DNA of 64,000 nt from an uncultured Chloroflexia bacterium (lineage in GTDB: Bacteria > Chloroflexota > Dehalococcoidia > UBA2979), in NCBI GenBank assembly GCA_963728205.1, contig CAVSIV010000001.1, forward strand, positions 1,024,001 to 1,088,000, written 5' to 3'. Position 1 is the stretch's first letter. Every line of letters begins with the position of its first letter. The notes beneath the pieces are model-generated. The model was not told where the DNA came from, did no database searches, and saw only the letters and a list, made by a program, of their open reading frames with translations. The position numbers were made by a program, and so were the translations under genes. Positions 20,263-29,634 of the stretch are shown here, piece by piece.

Positions 20263-21188
20263 CGCCGCCTCCACTCGGGCTCCTCGGCCTGCGCCGGCCG
20301 CTCGGGGCGCACCTCGACGTGGTCGTCGCTCAGGTCGAGCCGGGCGCGCTCGCCGATGCGCAGCCAATCGATCATCTCGCGCGGGATCTGGAGGCGCCCG
20401 CTGCGGTCGACCACCGCGAACTCCTCGAGCCGCTCGCCCTCGCCCCGCGAGAACGCGACGTGCCGCACGATCTCCGTGCTCGTCCGCCCGTCGCGCATCG
20501 CGACTACCCGGTCGACGCGCTGCGTGATCGCGCGGTCGTGCGTGACGATCACGATCGTGACGCCGGTGACCTCGTTGAGGCGGCGGAACACCGCGAACAC
20601 CTCGTCCGCCGTCGCGCTGTCGAGCTCGCCCGTCGGCTCGTCGGCCAGCAGCAGCGGCGGATCGTTCGCCAGCGCGACCGCGATCGCGACGCGCTGCTGT
20701 TCGCCGCCGGACAGCTGCTCCGGCTTGTTGTGCCGCTTCGCGAGCAGCCCGACCTGGTCGAGCAGCGTGACGGCGCGCTCCTTGGCGCGGCGGCGCGTCG
20801 CACCCTCGAGGATCATCGGGACTTCGACGTTCTGCTCGGCCGTGAGGTAGGGGATGAGGTTGCGGCCCGTTTGCTGCCACACGAAGCCGACGTCGGCGCG
20901 GCGGTAGCGGACGAGGTCGTCGTCGGTCGCGGTCAGCAGGTCGCGCTCGCCGACCATGATCTTGCCGGCGGAGGGGGTATCGAGGCCGGCGAGGATGTTC
21001 AGCAGCGTCGACTTGCCCGAGCCCGACGCCCCGACGATTGCCATCATCTCCCCGCGCGGCACGCGCAGGTCGAGCCCGCGCAGCGCGACGACCTCGAGCT
21101 CCTCGGTCTTGTAGATCTTGAAGAGGTCCTGGCAGTGGATGTGCGCCTGGTCGGCACGCACCGCCGGCTCGTGCGTCGGAATCACCAT
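20259..21188 (-). CDS. ABC transporter ATP-binding protein with C-terminal AbrB-like domain
   Basis: GASGSGKS, LSGGEQQR, ADEPTGELD; tail VVDRSGRLQIPRE. Confidence 0.9.
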   Translation of the reverse strand: MVIPTHEPAVRADQAHIHCQDLFKIYKTEELEVVALRGLDLRVPRGEMMAIVGASGSGKSTLLNILAGLDTPSAGKIMVGERDLLTATDDDLVRYRRADVGFVWQQTGRNLIPYLTAEQNVEVPMILEGATRRRAKERAVTLLDQVGLLAKRHNKPEQLSGGEQQRVAIAVALANDPPLLLADEPTGELDSATADEVFAVFRRLNEVTGVTIVIVTHDRAITQRVDRVVAMRDGRTSTEIVRHVAFSRGEGERLEEFAVVDRSGRLQIPREMIDWLRIGERARLDLSDDHVEVRPERPAQAEEPEWRRR

Positions 21189-21192
21189 GGAG

Positions 21193-24100
21193 TCAGACGT
21201 CACCAATCCGCAGCGCCCGGTGCACGGCGAGGCGGAAGTACAGTAACACCACCGCTCCGACCGTCACCATGAACACCCCGCCGAGGATCGCCCACACGAG
21301 AAACACCTGCGGCCACGACACCGAGAGCAGGAACGGCGGCAGCACCTGCAGGCCGCGCTCGTCCGTCGCCAGGAACCGCATCATGTAGCGGCCGATCTGC
21401 ACGCCGACCAGGCTCCCGAGCCCCATCCCCGCCGCGATCACCAGCAGGTGCTCGAACGCGACCTGCACGAAGATCTGCGGCCGCGAGAATCCGAGCGTGC
21501 GCAGGATCGCGAACTCCAGGCTGCGCTCCTGGGCCGTGAGGTACGAGTAGACGACGAAGCCGATCGCCGATAGCAGCAGCACCGCTCCGAAGGCGATGGC
21601 GAGAATGCCCGACCAGCCGGCGGCGACCAGTGGGTCGCTCTGCTGCGCGGCCTGCGCCGAGACGATGTCGTCGACCGTCTGCGCGCCGAGCTGGTCGACC
21701 GCCGCCCGGCGCGTCGCGCCCGGGTCGTGCGTCGCGAACCACGCCTCGCTATACAGCACGGGACGGTCGGGCGTGGACGCGTTCGCGGCCGCGATCAGTC
21801 GGCTCGCGTCGACGACCGCGAAGGCGTCGCGGCTCTGGGCCACGTCGTAGGTGGGGAAGTAGTCGAACACGCCGGCGAGCTTCGCCGCGAGGAAGTGGCC
21901 GGAGACCGTGAGCGTCGTCGTGTCGCCGGGGCGCAGCCCGAGTTGCGCGGCGTCGGGGCGCGAGAGGTAGAAGACGACGGGCTGGCCGTCCGTGTGCTGG
22001 CGCAGGCCACGCGTCGCCGGCGAGCGGCCGGCGTCGAGCCACGAGTAGCTGATCGACGCCGCGGCGCCCGGGGCCGGGTTCGACGGCTCCGGACGCGCCT
22101 GGTCGCCGAGCGTGCGCGGGACGAGGTCCTGCATGACCTCGAACGTGGGCGCGCTGAAGTCGGTCACCTGCACGGCGCCCGGGAAGGGCGACGCCAGGTC
22201 GCGGGTCTGGCCGTCCTCGGTGGGCGGGGCGGCGGGCGTGGCCAGCGCCGGGCCGATCAGCATCGCCCCGCGCTGCGCGCCGATCCGGCTGTTGGTGGAG
22301 ACGTAGAACGAGCGGATCGTGATCGGCGGCGTCAGGGGCGCGGCGCGCAGCGCGCCGCCGAAGCGGCCGAGGCCGTGCTGCAGGTCGGCGGTGAAGAAGC
22401 GCCAGCCCTGCGTCGCGTCGTCGCCGGGCCGCACGTCGCCGAGGGCGATGTTGATCGTCCGCCCCGTCGCATCCTGCAGGCCCAGGCCGAGCGAGAGCGG
22501 CCCCCGGATGTCGGTCACCTGCACCCAGACGCCGACCTGCCGCGCGTCGACCGGCAGCGGCACACCCTGCAGGTGCGCCTCGTTCTGCGCGAGCGTGTCG
22601 AGCATCGACGAGAGCGACTGCGGCGCGAAGTCGCCGCGGAAGTAGGCGACCTTCCCGAACGTGGCGGGGTCGACGCCGAGGACGTCGGTCGTGACGGTGG
22701 CCGCGGTCGTCGTGATGAAACCGCTCGTGCGGATCACCGGCGAGCGCACGTCCGCGGGGATCGCGTCGACGGCCTGCACGAACGCGACGTCGCCCGCCGG
22801 CGCCCCGCGGAACTGGTCGGCGCGCACGTCGGCGCCGACCCCGTATGCGGCGCGGTCGGAGTACGAGCGGCCCAGCGTCGCGGAGAAGGTGGCGGCGAAC
22901 AGCCCGATGCCGGTCGCGAACATCAGCAGCAGGATGAGACGCGTGTAGTGCGTCGGGTTGCGCGTCAGCGACCGCATGCCGACGAGCACCGCGACGCTGC
23001 GCGTCCGCCCGACGAGCCACGCCACGCCGCGCAGCGCGAGCGGGAAGAGCCGCAGGAAGACGATGCCGACGGTGAGCATGAAGACGGCCGGCGTGGTCAG
23101 CAGGAAGGGGTCGGCGCGCGTGTCGCCGAACAGCCCTTGCGAGAACAGGTGCGGCTGCCGCGAGAGCCGCCAGAACACGATGGCGACGATCAGCACCAGC
23201 GCGACGTCGAGGTAGTAGCGCAGGAACAGCGGCGTGGGGCGCGGCCGCGCGGTCGCGCGCTTGAACTCGACCATCGTCGTCCGGGTCGCCCGCCACGCCG
23301 GGACCATCAGCGCGGCGAACGCGATCAGTGCGCCGATGCCGGCCAGCACGTAGGCCGCCGACGACACGTGCACCGGCAGCGGCCCGCCGCCGGAGAGCGC
23401 CGAGAACGCGGGCGTCGGTCCCAGCGCCGAGATCACCGCTGCGGCGATCGGCGGGCCGGCGAGGCCGGCGAGGCCGGCGAGGATCAGCCCCTCCACCGCG
23501 TACTGCGCGAGCAGCTGCGGCGTCGTCGCGCCGCGGCTGCGCAGCGTCGCGATCTCCGCCGCCTGCCGTTCGATCAGCATCGTCGACACCATCACGAGGT
23601 AGTACGCGACGATCCCGCCGATCTGGAGCAGCAGGATCAGCAGCGGGATGCGCGTGAAGAACAGCTTCTGGTCGTACGTCCGCAGCACCTGCACCAGGTC
23701 CGTGTCGACCTGTGCGCGCGTCTCGGTCGCGGAAAGCGTCTGCTCGAGCCGGCTCAACGCATCGGCGACCGGCCTTGCGTTCCGCGAGTTCAGATGGTCG
23801 AAGCGCACCTGGTAGGTGCTCGCGTAGTCGGCGGTCACCGTCGGCAGATGCGCGGTCATGCCGCCGAAGAACGTCGCCTCGGGCACGAGCAGGTCGAGCG
23901 TCTCCCACGACCGCTGCTTCGCGTCGACGAGGTCGGTGACGCCGCCCCAGTAGCGGTCGGTGAGGTCGGTCGCGCGGACGAGCCCCACGACCTGGACCTG
24001 GACCGGCGGCGCGTGCTCGTCCCAGTACGGGAACAGGTCGAAGCGGTCGCCGACCTTGATGCCGAGCCGCTGCGCCGTCTCCGCGCCGAGGTCCGCCGGG

Positions 24101-24579
24101 ATCGGCGCGTCGCTCGCGTCCGGCATCACCGGCGGGAGCGTGCCGGCGACGACGTCGATGTGCGACTCGATGTCGGAGCGGAAGTACAGGTTCGCGCGCG
24201 GACGGTCCGGGTCCCCCAGGTTCGCGCGCTGGCCGGCCGGCGCGGGGTAGAACGTGGCGCTCAGCCCCTGCCGCACCTGCCCGGAGCGCGCGCCACCCAG
24301 CGCCGCCGCGACCGCGCGGTCGATGCGGCCCTGCGACGCCTGGTACGTATTCGCCCCGACGTTCACGTTGCTCTGGCTCACGCGTACGTCCAGCGACGAC
24401 GCCGGCTCCTGCTGCAGCGCGTGCTGGAGGCCGAGGTCACGAATGGCGTCGGCGTAGATGGCGGTGGTCGAGAGGATGGCCGACGCGATCAGCGTGCCCA
24501 CGACGACGCTGGACAGCAGGCGCCAGTTGCCCGCCATACGGCGGATCGCGAGAACGGGGAGGGACCGAAAGCGGCGCAT
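21193..24579 (-). CDS. Large FtsX-like ABC permease (two FtsX domains)
   Basis: EIATLRSRGA and EFAILRTLG FtsX signatures; large extracytoplasmic loops. Confidence 0.9.
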   Translation of the reverse strand: MRRFRSLPVLAIRRMAGNWRLLSSVVVGTLIASAILSTTAIYADAIRDLGLQHALQQEPASSLDVRVSQSNVNVGANTYQASQGRIDRAVAAALGGARSGQVRQGLSATFYPAPAGQRANLGDPDRPRANLYFRSDIESHIDVVAGTLPPVMPDASDAPIPADLGAETAQRLGIKVGDRFDLFPYWDEHAPPVQVQVVGLVRATDLTDRYWGGVTDLVDAKQRSWETLDLLVPEATFFGGMTAHLPTVTADYASTYQVRFDHLNSRNARPVADALSRLEQTLSATETRAQVDTDLVQVLRTYDQKLFFTRIPLLILLLQIGGIVAYYLVMVSTMLIERQAAEIATLRSRGATTPQLLAQYAVEGLILAGLAGLAGPPIAAAVISALGPTPAFSALSGGGPLPVHVSSAAYVLAGIGALIAFAALMVPAWRATRTTMVEFKRATARPRPTPLFLRYYLDVALVLIVAIVFWRLSRQPHLFSQGLFGDTRADPFLLTTPAVFMLTVGIVFLRLFPLALRGVAWLVGRTRSVAVLVGMRSLTRNPTHYTRLILLLMFATGIGLFAATFSATLGRSYSDRAAYGVGADVRADQFRGAPAGDVAFVQAVDAIPADVRSPVIRTSGFITTTAATVTTDVLGVDPATFGKVAYFRGDFAPQSLSSMLDTLAQNEAHLQGVPLPVDARQVGVWVQVTDIRGPLSLGLGLQDATGRTINIALGDVRPGDDATQGWRFFTADLQHGLGRFGGALRAAPLTPPITIRSFYVSTNSRIGAQRGAMLIGPALATPAAPPTEDGQTRDLASPFPGAVQVTDFSAPTFEVMQDLVPRTLGDQARPEPSNPAPGAAASISYSWLDAGRSPATRGLRQHTDGQPVVFYLSRPDAAQLGLRPGDTTTLTVSGHFLAAKLAGVFDYFPTYDVAQSRDAFAVVDASRLIAAANASTPDRPVLYSEAWFATHDPGATRRAAVDQLGAQTVDDIVSAQAAQQSDPLVAAGWSGILAIAFGAVLLLSAIGFVVYSYLTAQERSLEFAILRTLGFSRPQIFVQVAFEHLLVIAAGMGLGSLVGVQIGRYMMRFLATDERGLQVLPPFLLSVSWPQVFLVWAILGGVFMVTVGAVVLLYFRLAVHRALRIGDV

Positions 24580-24662
24580 CGCGCGGCATTGTAGGGAGGG
24601 CGATGCCGCCGCGGGTGTTCCCCTGTGATTGGGCGAGCCGCAGGCGTGAGTCCTCGTCGGAA

Positions 24663-24757
24663 CGTCAAAGCGGCGCCAGACATGCCGCCGACGCGGCGCG
24701 GACGCAGTCCGCGGCTGGCGTCGCGCTTCTGTCGGCGGCGTATCTGCCGCCGCTTTG
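24663..24757. repeat. REPIN-like doublet, family A, copy 3 (spacer inverted)
   Basis: Arms CAAAGCGGCGCCAGACATGCCGCCGAC / GTCGGCGGCGTATCTGCCGCCGCTTTG; spacer is close to the reverse complement of the copy 1 spacer. Confidence 0.85.
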
Positions 24758-24859
24758 GGTGACGTTCATGCGCGCACGGCGCCCCCCGGTGCATGCCATG
24801 CGTCCGGAACCGCGGCTGCGGCGCGCCGGGTCACGGGCACCCGGCGCTATACTCCCGCC

Positions 24860-27700
24860 GTGACCCCCCCGACGACCGCACCCGACGCCGCAGAGACGGC
24901 CGAGCGCGCCCCGCTGCTCGTCGTCTTCGACTCGCACGGCATCATCTTTCGCTCCTACTTCGCCCTGCGCGACATCCTCACGGTGCGCCGCACCGGCGAG
25001 CCCGTCGCCGCGGTCTTCGGCTACGCGAACACCCTGCTCGCCGTCCTCAACGAGCTCCGCCCCACGCACGTGATCGCCGCCTGGGACGCGGCCGCGCCCA
25101 CACTGCGCAAGCAGCGCGACGAGCGCTACAAGGCGACCCGCCAGCCCATGCCCGACGACCTCCGTCCGCAGATCCCGCGCGTCCACGACCTGCTCGACGC
25201 CTTCCACATCCCCGTCATGGAGGTGCCCGGCTACGAGGCCGATGACGTCGTCGGCACCATCGTCCAGCAGGCCGCGGAGCGCGGCATCGAGACCGTGATC
25301 GTCACGCTCGACAACGACCTGGTGCAGCTCGTGCGTCCCGGCGTGCGCGTCTACATGTTCCGGCCGTACCAGCGCGACTATGTGATGTACGACGAGGAGG
25401 CGGTGCGCGAGCGCTGGGGCTTCGACCCGCCGCGCATGGTCGACTTCAAGGCGCTCACCGGCGACACCTCGGACAACATTCCGGGCGTGCGCGGCATCGG
25501 CGACAAGGGCGCGGCGAACCTCATCCAGGAGTGGGGCACGCTCGAGGCGATGCTCGATCACCTCGACGAGATCACGCCGCCGCGCACGCAGAAGGCGCTC
25601 GCCGCCGGCGTCGACGAGGCGCGCCTCTCCAAGGAGCTCGCGACGATCGTCTGCGACGTCCCCGGCGTCGCGCTCGACCTCGACGCGTCGCTGCTCGCCG
25701 ACTACGACCGCCACAGGGTGCTCGACCTCTTCCAGGAGCTCGAGTTCCGCAGCCTGATCGACCGCCTGCCGCAGTCGAACCGCGTCGCCGCGCCGGGCGC
25801 GTCCGCCGCGGAAGGCGTCGCGCTCGACGGCGCCACCGAGATCGTGACGACGGCGGCGGCGCTCAAGCGCGTCGTCGCGGCCGTCCGCAAGTCGAAGCAC
25901 TTCGCCTTCGAGGTCGTCGCCGACGACGAGCACCCGGTGCGCGCGGCGGACAGCCTCGTCGGCATCGCGCTCGCGGCGGAGCCCGGCACCGGCTGGTACA
26001 TCCCGTTCGGCCACCGCGACGCCGCCGCTGCCGAGGGCCAGGGCAAGCTCGGCATCGCGGCGGAGGGCGACCCGCCGGCACTCGAGCAGCTCCCGCGTGA
26101 CGACGTCTTCGCGGCCCTCACGCCGCTCTTCACCGAGCCCTCGCTCGACCGCATCGCGCACAACGCGAAGCACGGCATCGTCGCGCTCGCCGGCGCCGCC
26201 GAGGCGGTGCTGACGGCGTCCGTCGACTTCGACACGCAGGTCGCCGCGTACCTCCTCGGCGACTCCAACGCGCCGCTCGAGCGGCTCGCCTTCGACCAGC
26301 TCGGCGTCGAGCTGCCGGCGGCGAAGGAGATCCTCGGGACCGGCCGCAAAGCCGTGCCGTTCTCGCAGGCCGACCCGGAGGCGGTCGGCGCGTACGCTGC
26401 CGCCCGCGTCGACGTGGTGCTGCGCCTCGCCGAGCGCCTCGAGCAGCAGCTGCACGAGGGCAAGCTCGAGTCGGTCTACCGCGACATCGACCTGCCGCAC
26501 ATCCCGGTGCTCGCGCGCATGGAGGCGTGGGGCGTCGCGCTCGACGCTTCCGTGCTGACGGACCTCGACCGCAACCTCTCGCAGCGCATCGCGGCGTCCG
26601 AGCAGGAGGCGTACGACGCGCTCGGCCACGAGTTCAAGCTCGGCTCGCCGCAGGAACTTTCGCAGGTGCTCTTCGAAGAGCTCGCGCTGCCGCGGACGCG
26701 CAAGACGAAGACCGGCTACACGACCGACGCCAACGCGCTCGAGCCGCTGCGCACCGTCCACCCGGTCGTCGAGGCGATCCTCCAGTGGCGCGAGCTGACC
26801 AAGATCAAGTCGACGTACGTCGACACGCTGCCGCTGCAGGTGAACCCGCGCACCGGCCGCGTGCACACGGTGTTCTCTCAGGTCGTCGCCGCGACCGGCC
26901 GGCTCTCGTCCAACGACCCCAACCTGCAGAACATCCCGGTGCGCACCGAGATCGGCCAGGCGGTGCGCCGTGCCTTCGTCGCGCGCGACTGCGGCGAGGA
27001 CCCGATCCTGCTGTCGGTCGACTACTCGCAGATCGAGCTGCGCGTGCTCGCCCACATCTGCGGCGACGACGAGCTGCGCCGCGCGTTCGCCGAGCACCAG
27101 GACATCCACCGCATCACGGCCTCGCGCGTCTTCCACACCGAGCCGGCCGAGGTCACGCCCGACATGCGCCGGCGCGCGAAGGTCTTCAACTTCGGCGTGC
27201 TCTACGGGCTCACCGCGTTCGGTCTGTCGCAGCGCGAGGGCATCCCGCGTGACGAGGCCGACGCCTTCATCGACGCCTACTTCACGGCCTACCCGAGGGT
27301 GCAGGAGTGGCGCGAGCGCACGGTCGAGGAGGCGCGCGCGCTCGGCTATGCCGAGACGCTGACCGGCCGCCGCCGCTACATCCCGGAGCTCCGCGCCGGC
27401 AACCGCAACGTCCGGCAGGCCGCCGAGCGCATCGCCATCAACATGCCGATCCAGGGCACGGCCGCCGACATCATCAAGATCGCCATGAACCGCATCGACG
27501 CCGAGTTGCTGGACTGGCAGGCGGAGGGCCGCCTCGCGCGCATGGTGCTGCAGGTCCACGACGAGCTGATCTTCGAGCTCCCGCGCGCCGAGCTCGACGA
27601 CGTCCGCGACCTCGCTCACCGCCTCATGCCGTCGCTCGAGCTCGCCGTCCCGCTCGAACTCGAGGACAAGTGGGGCCGCTCCTGGGGCGACTGGGAGTAG
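24860..27700 (+). CDS. polA: DNA polymerase I
   Basis: 5'-3' exonuclease (YEADD, GDTSDNIPGV), TGRLSSNDPNLQNIP, DYSQIELR, NFGVLYG, QVHDEL; TATACT 6 nt before GTG. Confidence 0.97.
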   Translation: MTPPTTAPDAAETAERAPLLVVFDSHGIIFRSYFALRDILTVRRTGEPVAAVFGYANTLLAVLNELRPTHVIAAWDAAAPTLRKQRDERYKATRQPMPDDLRPQIPRVHDLLDAFHIPVMEVPGYEADDVVGTIVQQAAERGIETVIVTLDNDLVQLVRPGVRVYMFRPYQRDYVMYDEEAVRERWGFDPPRMVDFKALTGDTSDNIPGVRGIGDKGAANLIQEWGTLEAMLDHLDEITPPRTQKALAAGVDEARLSKELATIVCDVPGVALDLDASLLADYDRHRVLDLFQELEFRSLIDRLPQSNRVAAPGASAAEGVALDGATEIVTTAAALKRVVAAVRKSKHFAFEVVADDEHPVRAADSLVGIALAAEPGTGWYIPFGHRDAAAAEGQGKLGIAAEGDPPALEQLPRDDVFAALTPLFTEPSLDRIAHNAKHGIVALAGAAEAVLTASVDFDTQVAAYLLGDSNAPLERLAFDQLGVELPAAKEILGTGRKAVPFSQADPEAVGAYAAARVDVVLRLAERLEQQLHEGKLESVYRDIDLPHIPVLARMEAWGVALDASVLTDLDRNLSQRIAASEQEAYDALGHEFKLGSPQELSQVLFEELALPRTRKTKTGYTTDANALEPLRTVHPVVEAILQWRELTKIKSTYVDTLPLQVNPRTGRVHTVFSQVVAATGRLSSNDPNLQNIPVRTEIGQAVRRAFVARDCGEDPILLSVDYSQIELRVLAHICGDDELRRAFAEHQDIHRITASRVFHTEPAEVTPDMRRRAKVFNFGVLYGLTAFGLSQREGIPRDEADAFIDAYFTAYPRVQEWRERTVEEARALGYAETLTGRRRYIPELRAGNRNVRQAAERIAINMPIQGTAADIIKIAMNRIDAELLDWQAEGRLARMVLQVHDELIFELPRAELDDVRDLAHRLMPSLELAVPLELEDKWGRSWGDWE

Positions 27701-27706
27701 TCCGCC

Positions 27707-27809
27707 GGCGAGCGGAACGCCTCCGGCGTTCCCGACTCTGCACGCACGGCCGCCTGGCGTGGTGCGTCGCACAGAACGCAGTCGGAACGCTGGAGGCGTT
27801 CCGCTCGCC
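27707..27809. repeat. REPIN-like doublet, family B
   Basis: Near-perfect ~30-bp inverted arms, each containing hairpin GGAACGC-N5-GCGTTCC; between convergent genes. Confidence 0.8.
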
Positions 27810-27818
27810 CCACCGCGA

Positions 27819-28325
27819 TCAGCGCATCCAGAATTTCCACCATGGCCGGCCGGCCGAGCCGGCGCCCGCCGTCGCGGGCGCCACGCGCGGCGCACGCCGG
27901 CTCGGCGAGACGACGCTCACCCCGGCGCGCGGCACCTGCTGCACGATCGAGGGGATGATCAGGAACAGCCGATCGACCTCGTCCGCGCTGAGCTCGTTGC
28001 GCGCGACGCGCTGCACGACCGACGCCCGTCGCAGCGCCATCACCGCGGGCAGCGCGTTGAACACCGCGTCGTAGCTGCGGCCGAGCACGTCGGCCGTGGC
28101 CGCGTCGAGCGCGAGCCATGCCCGCAGACGGTCGGCGGTGAACGCGGCCAGCGCGGCGTCATCGAGCGCGTATTCGGCTCGCACCATCGCGGAGACGCGC
28201 GCGAGGCGCTCATGCTCCGGGAGCACCGCCGCGTCGCGGCACCGCGCGGTCATCGCCTCGAGGCGCGTGGCGGGCGGCAGCGAAGCGAGCTCGGTCCACG
28301 ATGTGTCGAGAGGGACGTCGAACAC
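27819..28325 (-). CDS. Hypothetical helical protein with C-terminal PWWKFW motif
   Basis: AGGAGG RBS upstream; protein-like composition. Confidence 0.7.
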   Translation of the reverse strand: MFDVPLDTSWTELASLPPATRLEAMTARCRDAAVLPEHERLARVSAMVRAEYALDDAALAAFTADRLRAWLALDAATADVLGRSYDAVFNALPAVMALRRASVVQRVARNELSADEVDRLFLIIPSIVQQVPRAGVSVVSPSRRAPRVAPATAGAGSAGRPWWKFWMR

Positions 28326-28470
28326 CTGCGGCCTCCTGCATCGGGAGCGGGCGCGTCGCCCGCTCGCGTCCTGATTACAGAGTGGATATTATGCGAAATA
28401 ATGATCGTAGTGTCATGACAATTCTGTCATGAGAGCGCCGCCGGCAGCCGTGGCCGCTACCATCGCTCGC

Positions 28471-29316
28471 ATGCCCGAGCTCCCGGAAGTCGAGACGATC
28501 CGCCGCGACCTCGCGCCGCGGCTCATCGGCCGGACCCTGGTCCGCGTGCGCATCCATCCGGGCGGCGAGCGGCTCGCGGTCACTCACGCTCCGCGCGAAC
28601 TCGAACGCGCGCTCCGCGGCCGTCGCATCGTCTGCCTCGGCCGGCACGGGAAGTACCTGCTCGCCCACCTCGACGACGGCCGCACCTGGGTGCTTCACCT
28701 CCGCATGACCGGGTCGCTCGTCCTGGCCGCCGCGGACGCGCCGCCGGGCCGCTTTGAGCGCGCGCGCCTCGACCTCGACGACGGCACCACGCTCCGCATG
28801 AACGACATGCGGAAGTTCGGGACGTGGCACCTCGTCGACGACCCGGCGGAGGCGATGCCGCACAGCGGCCCCGACGCGCTCTCCGACGCCTTCTCACCCG
28901 CGTGGCTGCGCGATGCCCTGCGACGCCGCACGACGTCGGTGAAGGCGGTGCTGCTCGACCAGGCCGTCGCCGCGGGCGTGGGGAATATCTACGCCGACGA
29001 GGCGTGCTGGATTGCCGGAATCGATCCCCGCGCGCCCGCCGACGCGATCGGTCCGCGCGTGGCCCGCCGCCTGCACGCGGCCGTGCGGTTGGTGCTCGAG
29101 GAGGCCATCGGGGACCGCGGGTCGTCGTTCTCGGACTATCGCGACGGGCTCGGTGCCGAGGGCCTGCACCACGTCTACGTGCACGTCTTCCGGCGGGAGG
29201 GACGGCCGTGTCATCGCTGCGGCGGCGAGGTGATCAAGGTGCGCACCGCGGGGCGTGGCACGCATCTCTGCCCGGGGTGCCAGCGCCGGCCCCGGCGGCG
29301 ACGGGCGACCGTGTGA
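28471..29316 (+). CDS. mutM: Formamidopyrimidine-DNA glycosylase
   Basis: MPELPEVE N-terminus, HLRMTG, GVGNIYADE, C-terminal Zn finger. Confidence 0.96.
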   Translation: MPELPEVETIRRDLAPRLIGRTLVRVRIHPGGERLAVTHAPRELERALRGRRIVCLGRHGKYLLAHLDDGRTWVLHLRMTGSLVLAAADAPPGRFERARLDLDDGTTLRMNDMRKFGTWHLVDDPAEAMPHSGPDALSDAFSPAWLRDALRRRTTSVKAVLLDQAVAAGVGNIYADEACWIAGIDPRAPADAIGPRVARRLHAAVRLVLEEAIGDRGSSFSDYRDGLGAEGLHHVYVHVFRREGRPCHRCGGEVIKVRTAGRGTHLCPGCQRRPRRRRATV

Positions 29317-29634
29317 GCGGCGGATCCGCCTGAGAGGATCTTCTGAGGAAATCTGAGGAGAGGTGGCTGGGCGCGAAGGCGATTCCAGGTGGCGGTCACG
29401 CTCATCAAGGTCGAGTGATTCTGGGCGCTGTGAGACCAATCACTACAAATATATGCGTGGATATCTCTCAGATGCTCGATATTGCGCCAATATGCTCGTT
29501 GAACATGTCGCGGGAGTGTATAAATCATCGCATATTGGGGATAACCCTATTGTTCGGCCGCGAAGGCCGCTGATAGTGTGCGGCGGCACAATCGCCCGCC
29601 TCGCCATCCACGCTCCGACGGAAAGGAGCCCGCG

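Noticed and set aside
13594-24757. Repeats as a CRISPR array
   Set aside because: Dispersed inverted doublets, not regularly spaced direct repeats; no cas genes
25850-26500. Degenerate 3'-5' exonuclease motifs in PolA
   Set aside because: Loss of proofreading residues is common in many bacterial Pol I enzymes
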